A DNA stretch of 62,141 nucleotides, filler included. It is 5 parts of 5 records of this genome, joined end to end, with 100 filler letters (N's around TTAATTAATTAA, not from the genome) between each part and the next. Parts side by side here need not be neighbours in the genome. Positions count along the whole stretch, not along the records: positions 10,413 to 16,309 come from SRR22947725_1506; positions 16,410 to 36,661 come from SRR22947725_1508; 3 more parts are not named here. One strand, 5' to 3'. Shown one piece after another: positions 10,413 to 21,275 of the stretch; positions within the stretch are counted from its first letter, which is position 1; each line of letters opens with the position of its first letter. The position numbers were made by a program, and so were the translations under genes. The notes beneath the pieces are model-generated. The model did not search any database. It was given only the letters and a program-made list of their open reading frames with translations, and was not told the DNA's origin.

Positions 10413-10724
10413 CCATTCAATTGGCAAACCATGACAATCCCAACCTGGAACGTAATTGGCGTTTTTACCTAGCATAGATTGAGATCTATTTATTACATCT
10501 TTGATTATTTTGTTTAGAGCATGACCAATGTGCAAATTTCCATTAGCGTATGGGGGGCCATCATGAAGAATAAATGGTTTTGCAGACTTTCTCTGTTCTC
10601 TCAGTTTATCAAATAGTTTTGTTTCTTCCCACAATTTTAAGATTTGTGGTTCCTTTGTAGGTAACCCAGCTCTCATCGAAAAATCTGTTCTTGGTAGAAA
10701 AACGGTTTCTTTATAATCTGTCAT
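10413..10724 (-). CDS. ileS: Isoleucine--tRNA ligase, N-terminal fragment
   Basis: [29 protein letters not shown] (HIGH motif) and [11 protein letters not shown]; downstream of ribF. Confidence 0.95.
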
Positions 10725-10789
10725 CAATCTTCTCTATATCATCTAATAAAATATATCACTTAAAGAGCTTTAACCTAATTATTAATGGT

Positions 10790-11791
10790 TTAATTCCATA
10801 AACTAGCTTTTTTATGAAATTTCCTAGCCTCTTTTGTATCAAACTCAATCTGTTTTTTTAAATCAGATAGAGAATTGAATTTTTTCTCAGGTCTTAAAAA
10901 TTTTATAAGCTCAACCTTTATTCTCTTTCCATAGATATTAATATCTGAGCTATTATTATTAAGTTCAATTATGTGTGTTTCTAAATTTATATTTTCTCCA
11001 GAAACCGTAGGTTTTGTACCTATATTAGAAATAGAAGGCAACCAATCATTTTGTGTTTTACTATTTTCATACTCAATAACCTTTAATCTAGTGATGTAAA
11101 CCCCAAGTGGAGGAACTAAGAAAAATTTCATATCAACATTGGCTGTTGGAAATCCAATTTCTCTACCTTTTTGTTTACCCTTTTCAACAACGCCTGTTAT
11201 GCACCATTTTCTACCAAGAAGAGTATTAGCAATATCTAATTTTCCAGTTTGTAATAATTTTCTGATAGCTTGAGAGCTAATAACTTCAGTCTCTTTTTTT
11301 TGTATGGATTTAGTTTGTTTTAAATCTATTGATTCAAGTTCTAATCCTAAACTATTAGCAAAGGCTTTGGATGCTTCAATAGAACCTTCCCTATTTTTAC
11401 CAAATTTAAAATTTGAACCAGCATACATTTTAGAAACTTTGAAATTTTTAATAAGGATTTCTGATAGAAATTCATTTGGACTACAATTTTGTAAATCCTC
11501 ATTAAAATTAATTATAATTAAGTACTCAACACCAATTTGGCTAAGTAAATTTTGCTTTTCTTCAATATCCAGGAGTTTAAATGGTGTATTTTTTTTATTA
11601 AAAAAATCTCTTGGATGAGGCTCAAAAGTAACTACACCAAATGCCAAATTGTTTTTTTTTGATTTTTCTTTTACAGCTTCTAATAATTTAACATGACCTT
11701 GATGAATTCCATCAAAATTTCCAATTGCAATGGCTATATTTGTATTTATTTCTGCAGGTTGATCTCCAAATTTCCATTTTATAATTTTCAT
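10790..11791 (-). CDS. ribF: Bifunctional riboflavin kinase/FAD synthetase
   Basis: IGNFDGIHQGH, TFEPHP, GREIGFPTAN, NIGTKPT, ETHI and LRPEKKF; likely start MKII at 11791. Confidence 0.95.
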   Translation of the reverse strand: MKIIKWKFGDQPAEINTNIAIAIGNFDGIHQGHVKLLEAVKEKSKKNNLAFGVVTFEPHPRDFFNKKNTPFKLLDIEEKQNLLSQIGVEYLIIINFNEDLQNCSPNEFLSEILIKNFKVSKMYAGSNFKFGKNREGSIEASKAFANSLGLELESIDLKQTKSIQKKETEVISSQAIRKLLQTGKLDIANTLLGRKWCITGVVEKGKQKGREIGFPTANVDMKFFLVPPLGVYITRLKVIEYENSKTQNDWLPSISNIGTKPTVSGENINLETHIIELNNNSSDINIYGKRIKVELIKFLRPEKKFNSLSDLKKQIEFDTKEARKFHKKASLWN

Positions 11792-11926
11792 AGAAATGTT
11801 ATAACCACAATAAGAATTCAAACTCAAGTTGATATATATTTGTTTACATAATTTATATAATTATTTTTGTTAAAAAAATATTAATTATATGGGATAGTAT
11901 TTATACTAATTTTTTTATAAAACCAA

Positions 11927-12775
11927 ATGGAGATTAACTCCTTGACCAATAAAATAGATGTCAACTTAGAAATAATTTCCAACCTTATTAATAGTTCAAT
12001 TCAGATTGTTGTTTCTTATGCGGGACAGGTATTAGGAGCAACAATTATATTAATAATTGGCTTCTACTTAGCTGGCAAGTTAAGCAAATTAGTTCGAAAA
12101 AAATTAGGTGTGTTTGACAAAATTGATCCTCTTATAGTTCCTATTATCGGAAACATAATAAGATATGGCATTATAATTATCACTTTAATTGCTGTCTTAG
12201 GGCAATTTGGCGTTCAAACTACCTCAATCATTGCCGTTTTAGGTGCTGCTGGCTTAGCAATTGGTCTAGCATTACAAGGGACATTATCCAATGTAGCAGC
12301 AGGCGTAATGTTATTGTTACTAAGACCGTTTACTACTGGAGATTGGGTGGAAACTGGAAATGTTTCTGGAACAATAAGAGAAGTTGGTTTGTTTACCACA
12401 ATTATTGACACATTTGATAATGTTTATGTTTCTATACCAAATTCAAGCATATGGAATAGCACAATTACCAATCACTCTCATTATGAGACAAGACGTATAG
12501 ATGTTGATATTGGTATCCATTACGACACCAACCTTGATTTAGCATCAAAAGTATTGCTAAAATTAGCCGAAGATGAAAGAGTTTTAGACAAACCTAAAAA
12601 ACCACAATTTTTGGTAATGAAATACGATGATAGCGCAATAGTTGTAAGGCTAAGGTTATATTCACATACAAAAGACTGGTACGCTGTATATACAGATTTG
12701 ATGAGAAAACTTAAACCTGCCCTAGATGAAGCAGGCATTCAGATACCTTATCCTCACAGAGTTATTGCATCATAA
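11927..12775 (+). CDS. mscS: Small-conductance mechanosensitive channel
   Basis: LGAAGLAIGLALQGTLSN, RPF..GD, IPNS and GIQIPYP. Confidence 0.92.
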   Translation: MEINSLTNKIDVNLEIISNLINSSIQIVVSYAGQVLGATIILIIGFYLAGKLSKLVRKKLGVFDKIDPLIVPIIGNIIRYGIIIITLIAVLGQFGVQTTSIIAVLGAAGLAIGLALQGTLSNVAAGVMLLLLRPFTTGDWVETGNVSGTIREVGLFTTIIDTFDNVYVSIPNSSIWNSTITNHSHYETRRIDVDIGIHYDTNLDLASKVLLKLAEDERVLDKPKKPQFLVMKYDDSAIVVRLRLYSHTKDWYAVYTDLMRKLKPALDEAGIQIPYPHRVIAS

Positions 12776-12784
12776 ATTTATAAA

Positions 12785-13477
12785 ATGGCTACTACAAAAA
12801 AAATTAATGATGGTTTCATCAAACTTACAAAGAATAATATTAGTAAGGGCCATTTAGGTGATAAAATTAAAAGCATAAGTGGAAGTGACAAAGTATTAAC
12901 TACTGAAGAACTTTTACAAGCACGACGAAAAATTATTCCAGATAAAGGGATTGGTGAAGACATTTATATTTTTGCATACGGATCTTTATTATGGAATCCA
13001 ACCGTAGATTATGAGGATGAATTTTTAGCTAAAGTTTATGGTTTCCACAGAAGTTTCTGTATGAAAACTAATTTGGGAAGAGGATCTTTTAAAAAGCCAG
13101 GGTTAATGTTAGGACTTGATAAAGGTGGTTCATGTCGAGGATCAGCATTTAAATTAAGAAATTCAGAAGCTATAAAAAATATTGATATATTATTTAGAAG
13201 AGAGATGGTAACTGGAGCATATAAACCAAAATTATTAAAAACAATATTAGTAAATGGTAGAAAAGTTTTATCACTAGCCTTTACTGTAGATAAAAAACAT
13301 AAAAACTATTTTCAAGATAAAGAAATACAAACTAAGGCTAAAATGATTTCTAATGCACATGGATTTTTAGGCACTTGTGAAGAATATTTTCAAAATACGC
13401 TAGAAAGTTTATCAGAGCTAAATATTGTCGATTCTGAAATGACTGCAATTTCTAATTACTTAAAAAAAATTAGTTAA
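12785..13477 (+). CDS. chaC: ChaC-like gamma-glutamylcyclotransferase
   Basis: FAYGSLLW, HRSFC, RGS...PGLMLGLD.GG.C.G, RRE, G..G.C.EY. Confidence 0.85.
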   Translation: MATTKKINDGFIKLTKNNISKGHLGDKIKSISGSDKVLTTEELLQARRKIIPDKGIGEDIYIFAYGSLLWNPTVDYEDEFLAKVYGFHRSFCMKTNLGRGSFKKPGLMLGLDKGGSCRGSAFKLRNSEAIKNIDILFRREMVTGAYKPKLLKTILVNGRKVLSLAFTVDKKHKNYFQDKEIQTKAKMISNAHGFLGTCEEYFQNTLESLSELNIVDSEMTAISNYLKKIS

Positions 13478-15064
13478 ATCCTGTTTTATTAAATCTGATG
13501 CTTTCTCTGCTATCATCAATGTAGCAGCATTTGTGTTTCCTGAGGGCATTGTTGGCATAATAGAAGCATCAGCTATTCTAATACTTTCAAGACCTCTAAT
13601 CTTAAGTGATGGACTTACGACTGCAGATCTATCAACTCCCATTCTACAACTCCCAATGGCATGATAAACAGTAGCTCCATTATTTTTTACAAAATTTAAA
13701 ATTTCATTATCAGACTTTATATGTTCTCCAGGAAGAGTCTCACTAACTGACATTTTTTCAATATTAGAAGTTTTTAAAAGAGTTCTGCACATTTTAACTC
13801 CTTGTATTAAAAGATCTTGATCAACTTTCTCTTTTAAGTAGTTGGGTTGAATCATAGGGTTGTTTTTAATGTTATTTGAAGATGCTCTAACATATCCCCT
13901 ACTTTGAGGTCTAGATTGCCACACACCACAAGTTATACCTGGATGATCCTGAAGTTTTCCTATCATGCCTTCGGTATATGAAGCCGGTGTAAATACAAAT
14001 TGTAAATCTGGAAAATCTATCTCCGGTGAAGACTTTAAAAATGCTCCTACATGAGCAGGGCTATATGATATTAACCCTCTCCTAAACATGAACCATTTCA
14101 TAATTTCAAAAACTAATTTATAACCACTGGCTTTTTCATTTAAAGAATTTGGTAATTTAATTCTGTTGGCAACCCTTACAGCGTAATGGTCCTGCAAGCC
14201 CTCGCCTACACCCTTATTTTCATGGACAGGTTCAATACCTATTTGATTTAAATATTCTAAATTACCAATGCCTGAAACTTGAAGTAGATGCGGAGTACCA
14301 ATAGCTCCCGCACATAAAATGATTTCTTTATTAGCATAAATTTGAAATTCTTTATTATCCCTTTCACAAATCAAACCAACAGCTTTTTTATCTTTAAATA
14401 TAATTTTTAAAACTAAGGTATTTTTTTTAATATCTACATTTTTTCTTTTAATTGCAGTTTTCAAGAAAGCGTCATATGCACTAAATCTAGCTCCATTCTT
14501 AATTGTACGCTGATAATAAAATATACCTTCTTGATTACCAGAGTTATAATCTTCCTGGGTTTCTATACCTAACTCTTTAGAACCTTTTATAAACTCTTCG
14601 CATATAGGATGTTTTTCAACAATATCGGACACAAATAATGGCCCATCTTTTCCTCTCGTATCTTCATTACCATTTTCTTTAAATTCTGATTTTTTAAAAT
14701 AAGGCAGTATATCATCATATGACCAACCATGGTTTCCTAATTGAGCCCATTGATTGTAATCGTCAGGTTGGCCTCTGACGTAAAGATGTCCATTAATAGA
14801 ACTTGAACCCCCAAACCCTTTTCCTCTTGGGAAAAAAATTTCTCTATTATTTACATTTGAACTTTTTTCAGTGTTAAAGCACCAGTTAAATCTTTTATCG
14901 TTTATAGTTTTAATAAAACCTGCTGGCATTTTTATGTATGGATGCTGATTACTTCCACCTGCCTCAATAACACAAATATTTATGTTTTTAATTTCAGACA
15001 AGCGATTTGCTATAACCGAACCAGAAGAACCAGAACCAACAACTATATAGTCATAATTTTGCAT
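13460..15064 (-). CDS. GMC oxidoreductase (choline dehydrogenase-like)
   Basis: DYIVVGSGSSG, PRGKGFGGSSSING, GEGLQDH, TVYHAIGSCRMG and DASIMP..PSGNTNA. Confidence 0.92.
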   Translation of the reverse strand: MQNYDYIVVGSGSSGSVIANRLSEIKNINICVIEAGGSNQHPYIKMPAGFIKTINDKRFNWCFNTEKSSNVNNREIFFPRGKGFGGSSSINGHLYVRGQPDDYNQWAQLGNHGWSYDDILPYFKKSEFKENGNEDTRGKDGPLFVSDIVEKHPICEEFIKGSKELGIETQEDYNSGNQEGIFYYQRTIKNGARFSAYDAFLKTAIKRKNVDIKKNTLVLKIIFKDKKAVGLICERDNKEFQIYANKEIILCAGAIGTPHLLQVSGIGNLEYLNQIGIEPVHENKGVGEGLQDHYAVRVANRIKLPNSLNEKASGYKLVFEIMKWFMFRRGLISYSPAHVGAFLKSSPEIDFPDLQFVFTPASYTEGMIGKLQDHPGITCGVWQSRPQSRGYVRASSNNIKNNPMIQPNYLKEKVDQDLLIQGVKMCRTLLKTSNIEKMSVSETLPGEHIKSDNEILNFVKNNGATVYHAIGSCRMGVDRSAVVSPSLKIRGLESIRIADASIMPTMPSGNTNAATLMIAEKASDLIKQDLTNFF

Positions 15065-15073
15065 AATGTTTTT

Positions 15074-15931
15074 TTAAAAGCTCTCATTAATAGTTGATGT
15101 CTCTCCAGCTACCGTTGTTCTTACCATTAGCCTTTTCTCCACTTTACCTCTAATCGGGGTAGCTCTATGTAAAACTGCTCTATTATCCCACATGATTAAA
15201 TCATGTGGTTCCCATACATGAGAATAAACAAGTTTTTGATCATTAGTATATTGCAAAATATTATTAAGAAGCTCAGCACTATCTTTCTCATTCATACCAT
15301 CAACTTTACTACAATGGGCACCTAAATATAGAGATTTCCCATGTTTATTACTTTTTAGAACTAATTTTTGTTTAACTGGGGGCAATGCTTTTCTTTCCTG
15401 AGGGGTAACTAGATTTGGATCTATTTTAGACCTTCCATGTGAATAATCGTGCCAACAAACTTTATCTTCAATCATGAGTTTCAAATCGTCTGGCAAAGAA
15501 TTATACACAGCTCTCATCGATAAAAACTCTGTATTTCCTCCTTTTGAAGGAATCATTTTTGCTGATAACAAAGACATTTTTGAAGGTATTTTTTTAAAAG
15601 AACTATCACTATGCCATTCTTGGTTGGCCAAATTATTTAATCTTTGTCTATCTGATGGAGGTACAATATTTCCATCTTCATCAAAATTACGAAGAATAAT
15701 TAATTTAGAACCTGATCCATCAGTTCCTACTTTTGTTAATTCCAATTCTCCAAAGAATTCACTAAATCGTATATGTTCATCATCACTTATGTTTTGGTTT
15801 CTTATAATAACAACTGAGAACTCAGATAAAAGTTCTGAAATTTCATTTATAACTTTCTTATCTTGAATATTAGTAACGTCTAAGTCTTTAATTTCAACCC
15901 CAATAAACGCTCCAAGTTTATTAATTTTCAC
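15074..15931 (-). CDS. TauD/TfdA family Fe(II)/2-oxoglutarate dioxygenase
   Basis: NQEWHSDSSF (HxD), GGNTEF, WDNRAVLHR and terminal RTT; GTG start with GGAGG RBS upstream. Confidence 0.92.
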   Translation of the reverse strand: MKINKLGAFIGVEIKDLDVTNIQDKKVINEISELLSEFSVVIIRNQNISDDEHIRFSEFFGELELTKVGTDGSGSKLIILRNFDEDGNIVPPSDRQRLNNLANQEWHSDSSFKKIPSKMSLLSAKMIPSKGGNTEFLSMRAVYNSLPDDLKLMIEDKVCWHDYSHGRSKIDPNLVTPQERKALPPVKQKLVLKSNKHGKSLYLGAHCSKVDGMNEKDSAELLNNILQYTNDQKLVYSHVWEPHDLIMWDNRAVLHRATPIRGKVEKRLMVRTTVAGETSTINESF

Positions 15932-16022
15932 CCTTGAACCTCCAAGAAAATAAAAAATTAAATTGTATTTTATATAGAAACAATCTTAGTAAAATATTAT
16001 TAAATTTCAATATAAAGTAGCT

Positions 16023-16309
16023 TTACACTACGACGCTTGATCCCCTTTTAAAGTCTTTATAAACTTTAAGAAGATTTATCCATTCATCATGTTCAACTTT
16101 ACTCATTAAACTTGTTCGGGCATCTATATAATCCCTCCAAGATTCAAAGAGAGTTTCAGAAGCTTGGAATTCAACGCGGTTTGGGCTTCTACGAATATTT
16201 AACCATCCTTCACTCTCACACTCATCAACAATAGATGATATAGCCTGCCTTGTGCTCCTTAATTCTCTTGCTACGGAAGCGATAGTATAAAATTCATTTA
16301 CAGAAAATG
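16023..16309 (-). CDS. Winged-helix (MarR-like) DNA-binding protein, C-terminal fragment
   Basis: Hand translation: ...FYTIASVARELRSTRQAISSIVDECESEGWLNIRR...GSSVVV*, a helix-turn-helix plus wing pattern. 5' end cut by the linker; not in the ORF track. Confidence 0.65.
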
Positions 16310-16409
16310 NNNNNNNNNNNNNNNNNNNNNNNNNNNNNNNNNNNNNNNNNNNNTTAATTAATTAANNNNNNNNNNNNNNNNNNNNNNNNNNNNNNNNNNN
16401 NNNNNNNNN
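16310..16409. other. Artificial contig linker
   Basis: 44N-TTAATTAATTAA-44N. Confidence 0.98.
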
Positions 16410-17561
16410 TTTACCAGATGCTGGTTGAACAGTATTATAAGCACGAGCTAGTCTAGTAATTGAATCTAAAAGAATTACCACATCGTAACCACATTCAACT
16501 AATCTTTTTGCTTTTTCCAAAACAATATTTGCAATTTTGACATGTTCATGTGCTTCTTTATCAAATGTGGAAGCAATTACTTCACCTTTAACATTTCTTT
16601 GCATATCTGTAACCTCTTCAGGTCTCTCATCTATTAAAAGAATCATTTGATAAACTTCAGGATGATTAGCTGCAATTGCATTTGCTACATCTTTAAGTAA
16701 CATTGTTTTACCAGTTTTGGGTTGAGATACAATCATTCCTCTTTGACCTTTACCTATTGGTGAAAACAAATCCATGATTCTTGTTGAAATTGTATTGCTT
16801 TTATCTGCTAGGTTAAATTTTTCTTGAGGAAATAATGGAGTTAAGTGTTCAAATGAAACTCTATCTCTAACAACTTGAGGGTCTAATCCGTTTATTTTGT
16901 TCACCTTTATTAATGGAAAATATTTTTCACCTTCTTTAGGAGGTCTTACATTTCCAAGTACAGTGTCACCTTTTTTTAGTCCAAATAATCTTATTTGTGA
17001 TTGAGAGACATATATATCATCTGGTGATGATAAATAGTGATAATCGGAGGATCTTAAGAAACCATATCCGTCTTGCATCAAATCTAAAACACCTTCACTT
17101 TCAATTATTGCGTCAAATTCAAACTCAGGTTCACGATATCTATTTCTGTTGTCTTTATTGCCGTTATCTTTAGGGTTGTGGCGATTGTTGTCATGTTTTT
17201 GAGGTCTAGGTCTAGGGTTGTGCTCTGATTTAGCTTTGTTTCTAGGAACATTTTTTTCTACCTTTTTAACCTCATTGATCTGATTCTTATCATTAATAGA
17301 ATCGGATTTTTTATCTAAAGCCTTTTCATCTTTAGAATTATTTTCTGTTTTTTTAACCTCGACAGGCTTTCTTAATTTGATAGGTTTTCTTCTAACTGGA
17401 GGTCTTTTAGTTTCTTCAGTCGGATTATCGGCTTGATGATCTAGTATTTTATAAACTAAATCTAATTTTTTAAGAGATTTAAATTTAGATATACTCAATT
17501 TTTGAGCTATTTCCTGTAATTCAGGTAGCTTTAATTCTTTTAATTTTGAAATTTCAAACAT
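16410..17561 (-). CDS. rho: Transcription termination factor Rho (C-terminus truncated)
   Basis: [41 protein letters not shown] and [12 protein letters not shown]. Confidence 0.97.
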
Positions 17562-17748
17562 TTTTTGTTTTTATGTTTATTAATAATATTTAAATAGGAA
17601 ATTTTTTTGAAATATAGTTTTATGAAGTAAAAATTTTTATTGCAAATAAGAAGTAGGTAATAACAATGCAATTATACAACTTATTTTTTAATATTGATTA
17701 TTTTTGTCCATAAACTATTATTTTTGATTTTAATTTAAATTATTGGTT

Positions 17749-18210
17749 ATGATTCAAAGGATACAGTCATTATATCTATTTGCAGCAGGTTTATGTTACT
17801 TTGTTTATTGGTTTTTTGGTTTAGAATGGTATGAAAAGGGATACCCAATCATAATAGATTTCTTCAATAATGCAAAAGGGATTGATGTCATTTTAGAAAT
17901 AATTTCTTTTATCCCATTGCTTATTTCTCTATTATGTCTTTTGACGATTTTATTATTTAAATCTAGGCCTTCTCAAATTAAATTATCATTAATAAATTTT
18001 AGATTTAGTCTGATCATGTGTTTATTTACTGTCTTTTACTTTTATCATTCGCTTGGTACATTAATTGATTTAATTCCTTCTAAATCTTTAGAGCTCCTCA
18101 TGTATGCGGCTATTTTGAATCCTTTTTTATGTAGTTGCTTAATCTTATACGCTATAAGATTAATAAGAAAGGATGATGAACTAGTAAATTCAATAAATAG
18201 GATTCGTTAA
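17749..18210 (+). CDS. DUF4293 family membrane protein
   Basis: MIQRIQSLYL start, LFK.R..Q and IRKDDELV.S..R.R end; divergent from rho as usual in Bacteroidota. Confidence 0.8.
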   Translation: MIQRIQSLYLFAAGLCYFVYWFFGLEWYEKGYPIIIDFFNNAKGIDVILEIISFIPLLISLLCLLTILLFKSRPSQIKLSLINFRFSLIMCLFTVFYFYHSLGTLIDLIPSKSLELLMYAAILNPFLCSCLILYAIRLIRKDDELVNSINRIR

Positions 18211-18214
18211 TCCC

Positions 18215-18706
18215 TCATTTTTTAAATTCAATCACTTCTAAGTTTTGAATTTTACTTTTCATTATTTCAAATCTAATCATAGTCCTTACTTGGTGAAATC
18301 CATGTTTACCTATTGCACCAGGATTAATATGTAAAAGATTTAATTTGTTGTCATTGACAACTTTAAGTATGTGTGAATGCCCACATATGAAAATATCTGG
18401 CGGGTTAGAATTGATTTCTTGTCTAATTCCTAAATTATACTTATTAGGATAACCACCAATATGAGTTATCCATATTTTCATATCTTCAATTTTAAATCTT
18501 AAGTTTTCAGGATATTCAGCCCTAATTTTACTATTATCTATATTTCCATGTACCGCCCTTAAAGTAGTTACTTTTTTTATTTCATCTACCACTTTTAATT
18601 CTCCAATATCACCAGCATGCCATGTTTCGTCAGATTCTTTTGCATATTGAATTATTCTATCATCAATATATCCATGAGTATCTGAAATTAAAAGAATCTT
18701 TTTCAT
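18215..18706 (-). CDS. YfcE-like metallophosphoesterase
   Basis: SDTH, HAGD, GNID, GHSH and NPGA motifs. Confidence 0.9.
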   Translation of the reverse strand: MKKILLISDTHGYIDDRIIQYAKESDETWHAGDIGELKVVDEIKKVTTLRAVHGNIDNSKIRAEYPENLRFKIEDMKIWITHIGGYPNKYNLGIRQEINSNPPDIFICGHSHILKVVNDNKLNLLHINPGAIGKHGFHQVRTMIRFEIMKSKIQNLEVIEFKK

Positions 18707-18731
18707 TTTAATTTTATCAAGTTAATCTCTC

Positions 18732-18739
18732 TATATTTG
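18732..18739 (+). promoter_or_regulatory. Bacteroidota -7 promoter element (TAnnTTTG) upstream of truA
   Basis: TATATTTG ending 26 nt before the truA start. Confidence 0.55.
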
Positions 18740-18765
18740 TTTGATAACAAAAATATTAATTTGTT

Positions 18766-19512
18766 TTGAGATATTTCATGGATCTTTCTTATGATGGTAC
18801 TAATTATCATGGTTGGCAAAATCAACCAGAAGCCATCTCAGTACAAAGTTGTATTGAAAATGCATTAAGTCTTTTAATTAAAGCTGAAACTCCGATTTAT
18901 GGTGCTGGTAGAACAGATTCCGGAGTACATGCATTAAAAATGTATGCTCATTTTGATGTTACAGAGCTCATCAATACTGATAAATTATTACATGACTTAA
19001 ATTCATTTTTACCAAAAGATATCTCTATCAATAATATTTATAAAGTAAATTTAGATTCTCATGCCCGATTTGATGCCTTATCCAGAGAATATGAGTACAA
19101 AATATCACTAATTAAAAATGTTTTTAATAATAATAGATGTTACTACATCAAAAATAATTTAGATATTAAATTGATGAACGACGCTTGTAAAATTTTATTA
19201 AATTATACAAATTTTAAATGTTTTTCTAAAACTAAAACAGATGTTAAAACTTATAATTGTGATTTGAAATATGCTAAATGGAAACTAAATGATAATGAAC
19301 TAATTTTTACAATTAAAGCAAATAGATTTTTAAGAAATATGGTAAGAGCAATTGTAGGTACATTAATTCATGTAGGGTTAAAAAAAGTTAGTTTACAAGA
19401 CTTTGAAAAAATTATAATTTCTCAAGACAGAACTAAAGCAGGACCATCAGCTCCAGCCCATGCTCTTTATTTAACTAACATATCTTACCCTAAAGAACTA
19501 ACTGATAATTAA
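18766..19512 (+). CDS. truA: tRNA pseudouridine(38-40) synthase
   Basis: YDGTNYHGWQ.Q, AGRTDSGVHA, HARFDA and FLRNMVR; TTG start. Confidence 0.96.
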   Translation: MRYFMDLSYDGTNYHGWQNQPEAISVQSCIENALSLLIKAETPIYGAGRTDSGVHALKMYAHFDVTELINTDKLLHDLNSFLPKDISINNIYKVNLDSHARFDALSREYEYKISLIKNVFNNNRCYYIKNNLDIKLMNDACKILLNYTNFKCFSKTKTDVKTYNCDLKYAKWKLNDNELIFTIKANRFLRNMVRAIVGTLIHVGLKKVSLQDFEKIIISQDRTKAGPSAPAHALYLTNISYPKELTDN

Positions 19513-21275
19513 TGAATAAAAAAGAAAATATATTAAATATTTATCTATTTAAGAGACTTTTAACTTTTGTAAGTCCTTACTATTATATTTTTATTTCATC
19601 ATTATTTTCTGTATTTGGATTAGCTATTTTTGGTGCCCTTCGTCCTGTTGTATTGGAAAAAGTATTAGATGAAAATATTTCTCAAGGAGTAAGTGATGGA
19701 TTTTTACAATTAATTTTTTTAATGGCCATACTTCTTTTATTTGAAGTTATATCAAACTATTTATTTATATATTTTGCTGGTTTGTTAGGTCAATCTGTTG
19801 TAAAAGACATTAGGGTTCTATTATATAAACATATAATTAACTTTAAAATGAAGTACTATGATAAATCTTCAGTTGGAGTGCTTATTACTAGGTCTGTTAC
19901 AGATATGGAAAGAATTGCTGATATATTTGGCGAAGGTCTTTTTATGATTTTCAGTGATATTTTAAAAATGTTAATTGTTGGAATTGTTATGATTCTCATG
20001 AACTGGGAATTAAGTATTATAATTTTTTTGACTTTGCCATTAATATTATTTGCAACTAAAATTTTTCAAAGATTTATGAAAGTTGCCTTTGAGGAAGTCA
20101 GGTCAGAAGTTTCAAATTTGAACTCTTTTGTACAAGAAAGAGTCACAGGAATGAAAATTTTACAGTTATTTACTAGAGAAGAAGTCGAATTCGAAAACTT
20201 TAAAAAAATTAATGCCAGACATAAAAACGGATGGTTAAAAACAGTTTGGTATAATTCCATTTTTTTTCCAATTGCAGAAATTTTATCCTCTCTAACTCTA
20301 GGAATTATTGTATGGTATGGTGGAATTAATATCATAACTGATAATACTGCTTCAATTGGTGAGCTGACGGCATTTATTATGATGATTCCTATGATGTTTA
20401 GACCTCTTAATCAAATAGCTAATAAGTTTAATACTTTATTAATGGGAATGGTTGCAGCAGAAAGGGTATTTAAAGTTATTGATACTAATTCTAAAATAAT
20501 TGATAATGGAGAAATCTTAGTAAACACGTTCAAAGGAGATATATGTTTTAAAAATGTAAATTTTTCATATGTTCCAAATACACAGGTATTAAATAATATT
20601 TCATTTAATATAAAAAAGGGTTCAACTGTTGCGATAGTTGGTTCTACTGGTGCAGGTAAAACTTCTGTAATAAATTTATTGAATCGTTTTTATGAAATTA
20701 ATTCTGGTGAAATTTCTATAGATGGAATAAATATTAAAGATTATAAATTATCTAATCTTAGAAAAAATATTGGAATTGTATTACAAGACGTATTTTTATT
20801 TTCTGATTCGATATTTAATAATATTACCTTAAAAGATGATACTATTAGTTTAAATCAGGTTAAGCTTGCTGCAAAACAAATTGGAGTTCATAACTTTATT
20901 ATGAGTTTACCAAATAATTATTATTATAATGTAAAAGAAAGAGGTATTATGCTATCCTCTGGCCAACGACAGTTAATTGCATTTTTAAGGGTATATGTTT
21001 CTGATCCACAAATATTAATCTTGGACGAAGCTACTTCATCCATAGATTCTAAATCTGAAATATTAATTCAAAACGCAACTGAAAAGTTGACAAAAAATAG
21101 AACCTCCCTCATAATTGCTCATAGGTTAGCTACAATTAAAAAAGCTAATAATATTATAGTGATGGATTCTGGTAACATTATTGAACAGGGCTCACATAAA
21201 GAGTTAATCAGTAATTTAGATGGTTATTATAAAAAGTTATATGATGTGCAATTTCAAGTAAAGAATGTAAGTTAA
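19512..21275 (+). CDS. ABC exporter, fused permease/ATPase (MdlB/MsbA-like)
   Basis: N-terminal transmembrane domain; GSTGAGKT, LSSGQRQ, ILDEATS and AHRL. Confidence 0.92.
   Translation: MNKKENILNIYLFKRLLTFVSPYYYIFISSLFSVFGLAIFGALRPVVLEKVLDENISQGVSDGFLQLIFLMAILLLFEVISNYLFIYFAGLLGQSVVKDIRVLLYKHIINFKMKYYDKSSVGVLITRSVTDMERIADIFGEGLFMIFSDILKMLIVGIVMILMNWELSIIIFLTLPLILFATKIFQRFMKVAFEEVRSEVSNLNSFVQERVTGMKILQLFTREEVEFENFKKINARHKNGWLKTVWYNSIFFPIAEILSSLTLGIIVWYGGINIITDNTASIGELTAFIMMIPMMFRPLNQIANKFNTLLMGMVAAERVFKVIDTNSKIIDNGEILVNTFKGDICFKNVNFSYVPNTQVLNNISFNIKKGSTVAIVGSTGAGKTSVINLLNRFYEINSGEISIDGINIKDYKLSNLRKNIGIVLQDVFLFSDSIFNNITLKDDTISLNQVKLAAKQIGVHNFIMSLPNNYYYNVKERGIMLSSGQRQLIAFLRVYVSDPQILILDEATSSIDSKSEILIQNATEKLTKNRTSLIIAHRLATIKKANNIIVMDSGNIIEQGSHKELISNLDGYYKKLYDVQFQVKNVS

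Noticed and set aside
11870..11884. TTAA-N7-TTAA CtrA-like box upstream of mscS/ribF
   Set aside because: Expected by chance in such AT-rich intergenic DNA, with no supporting context.
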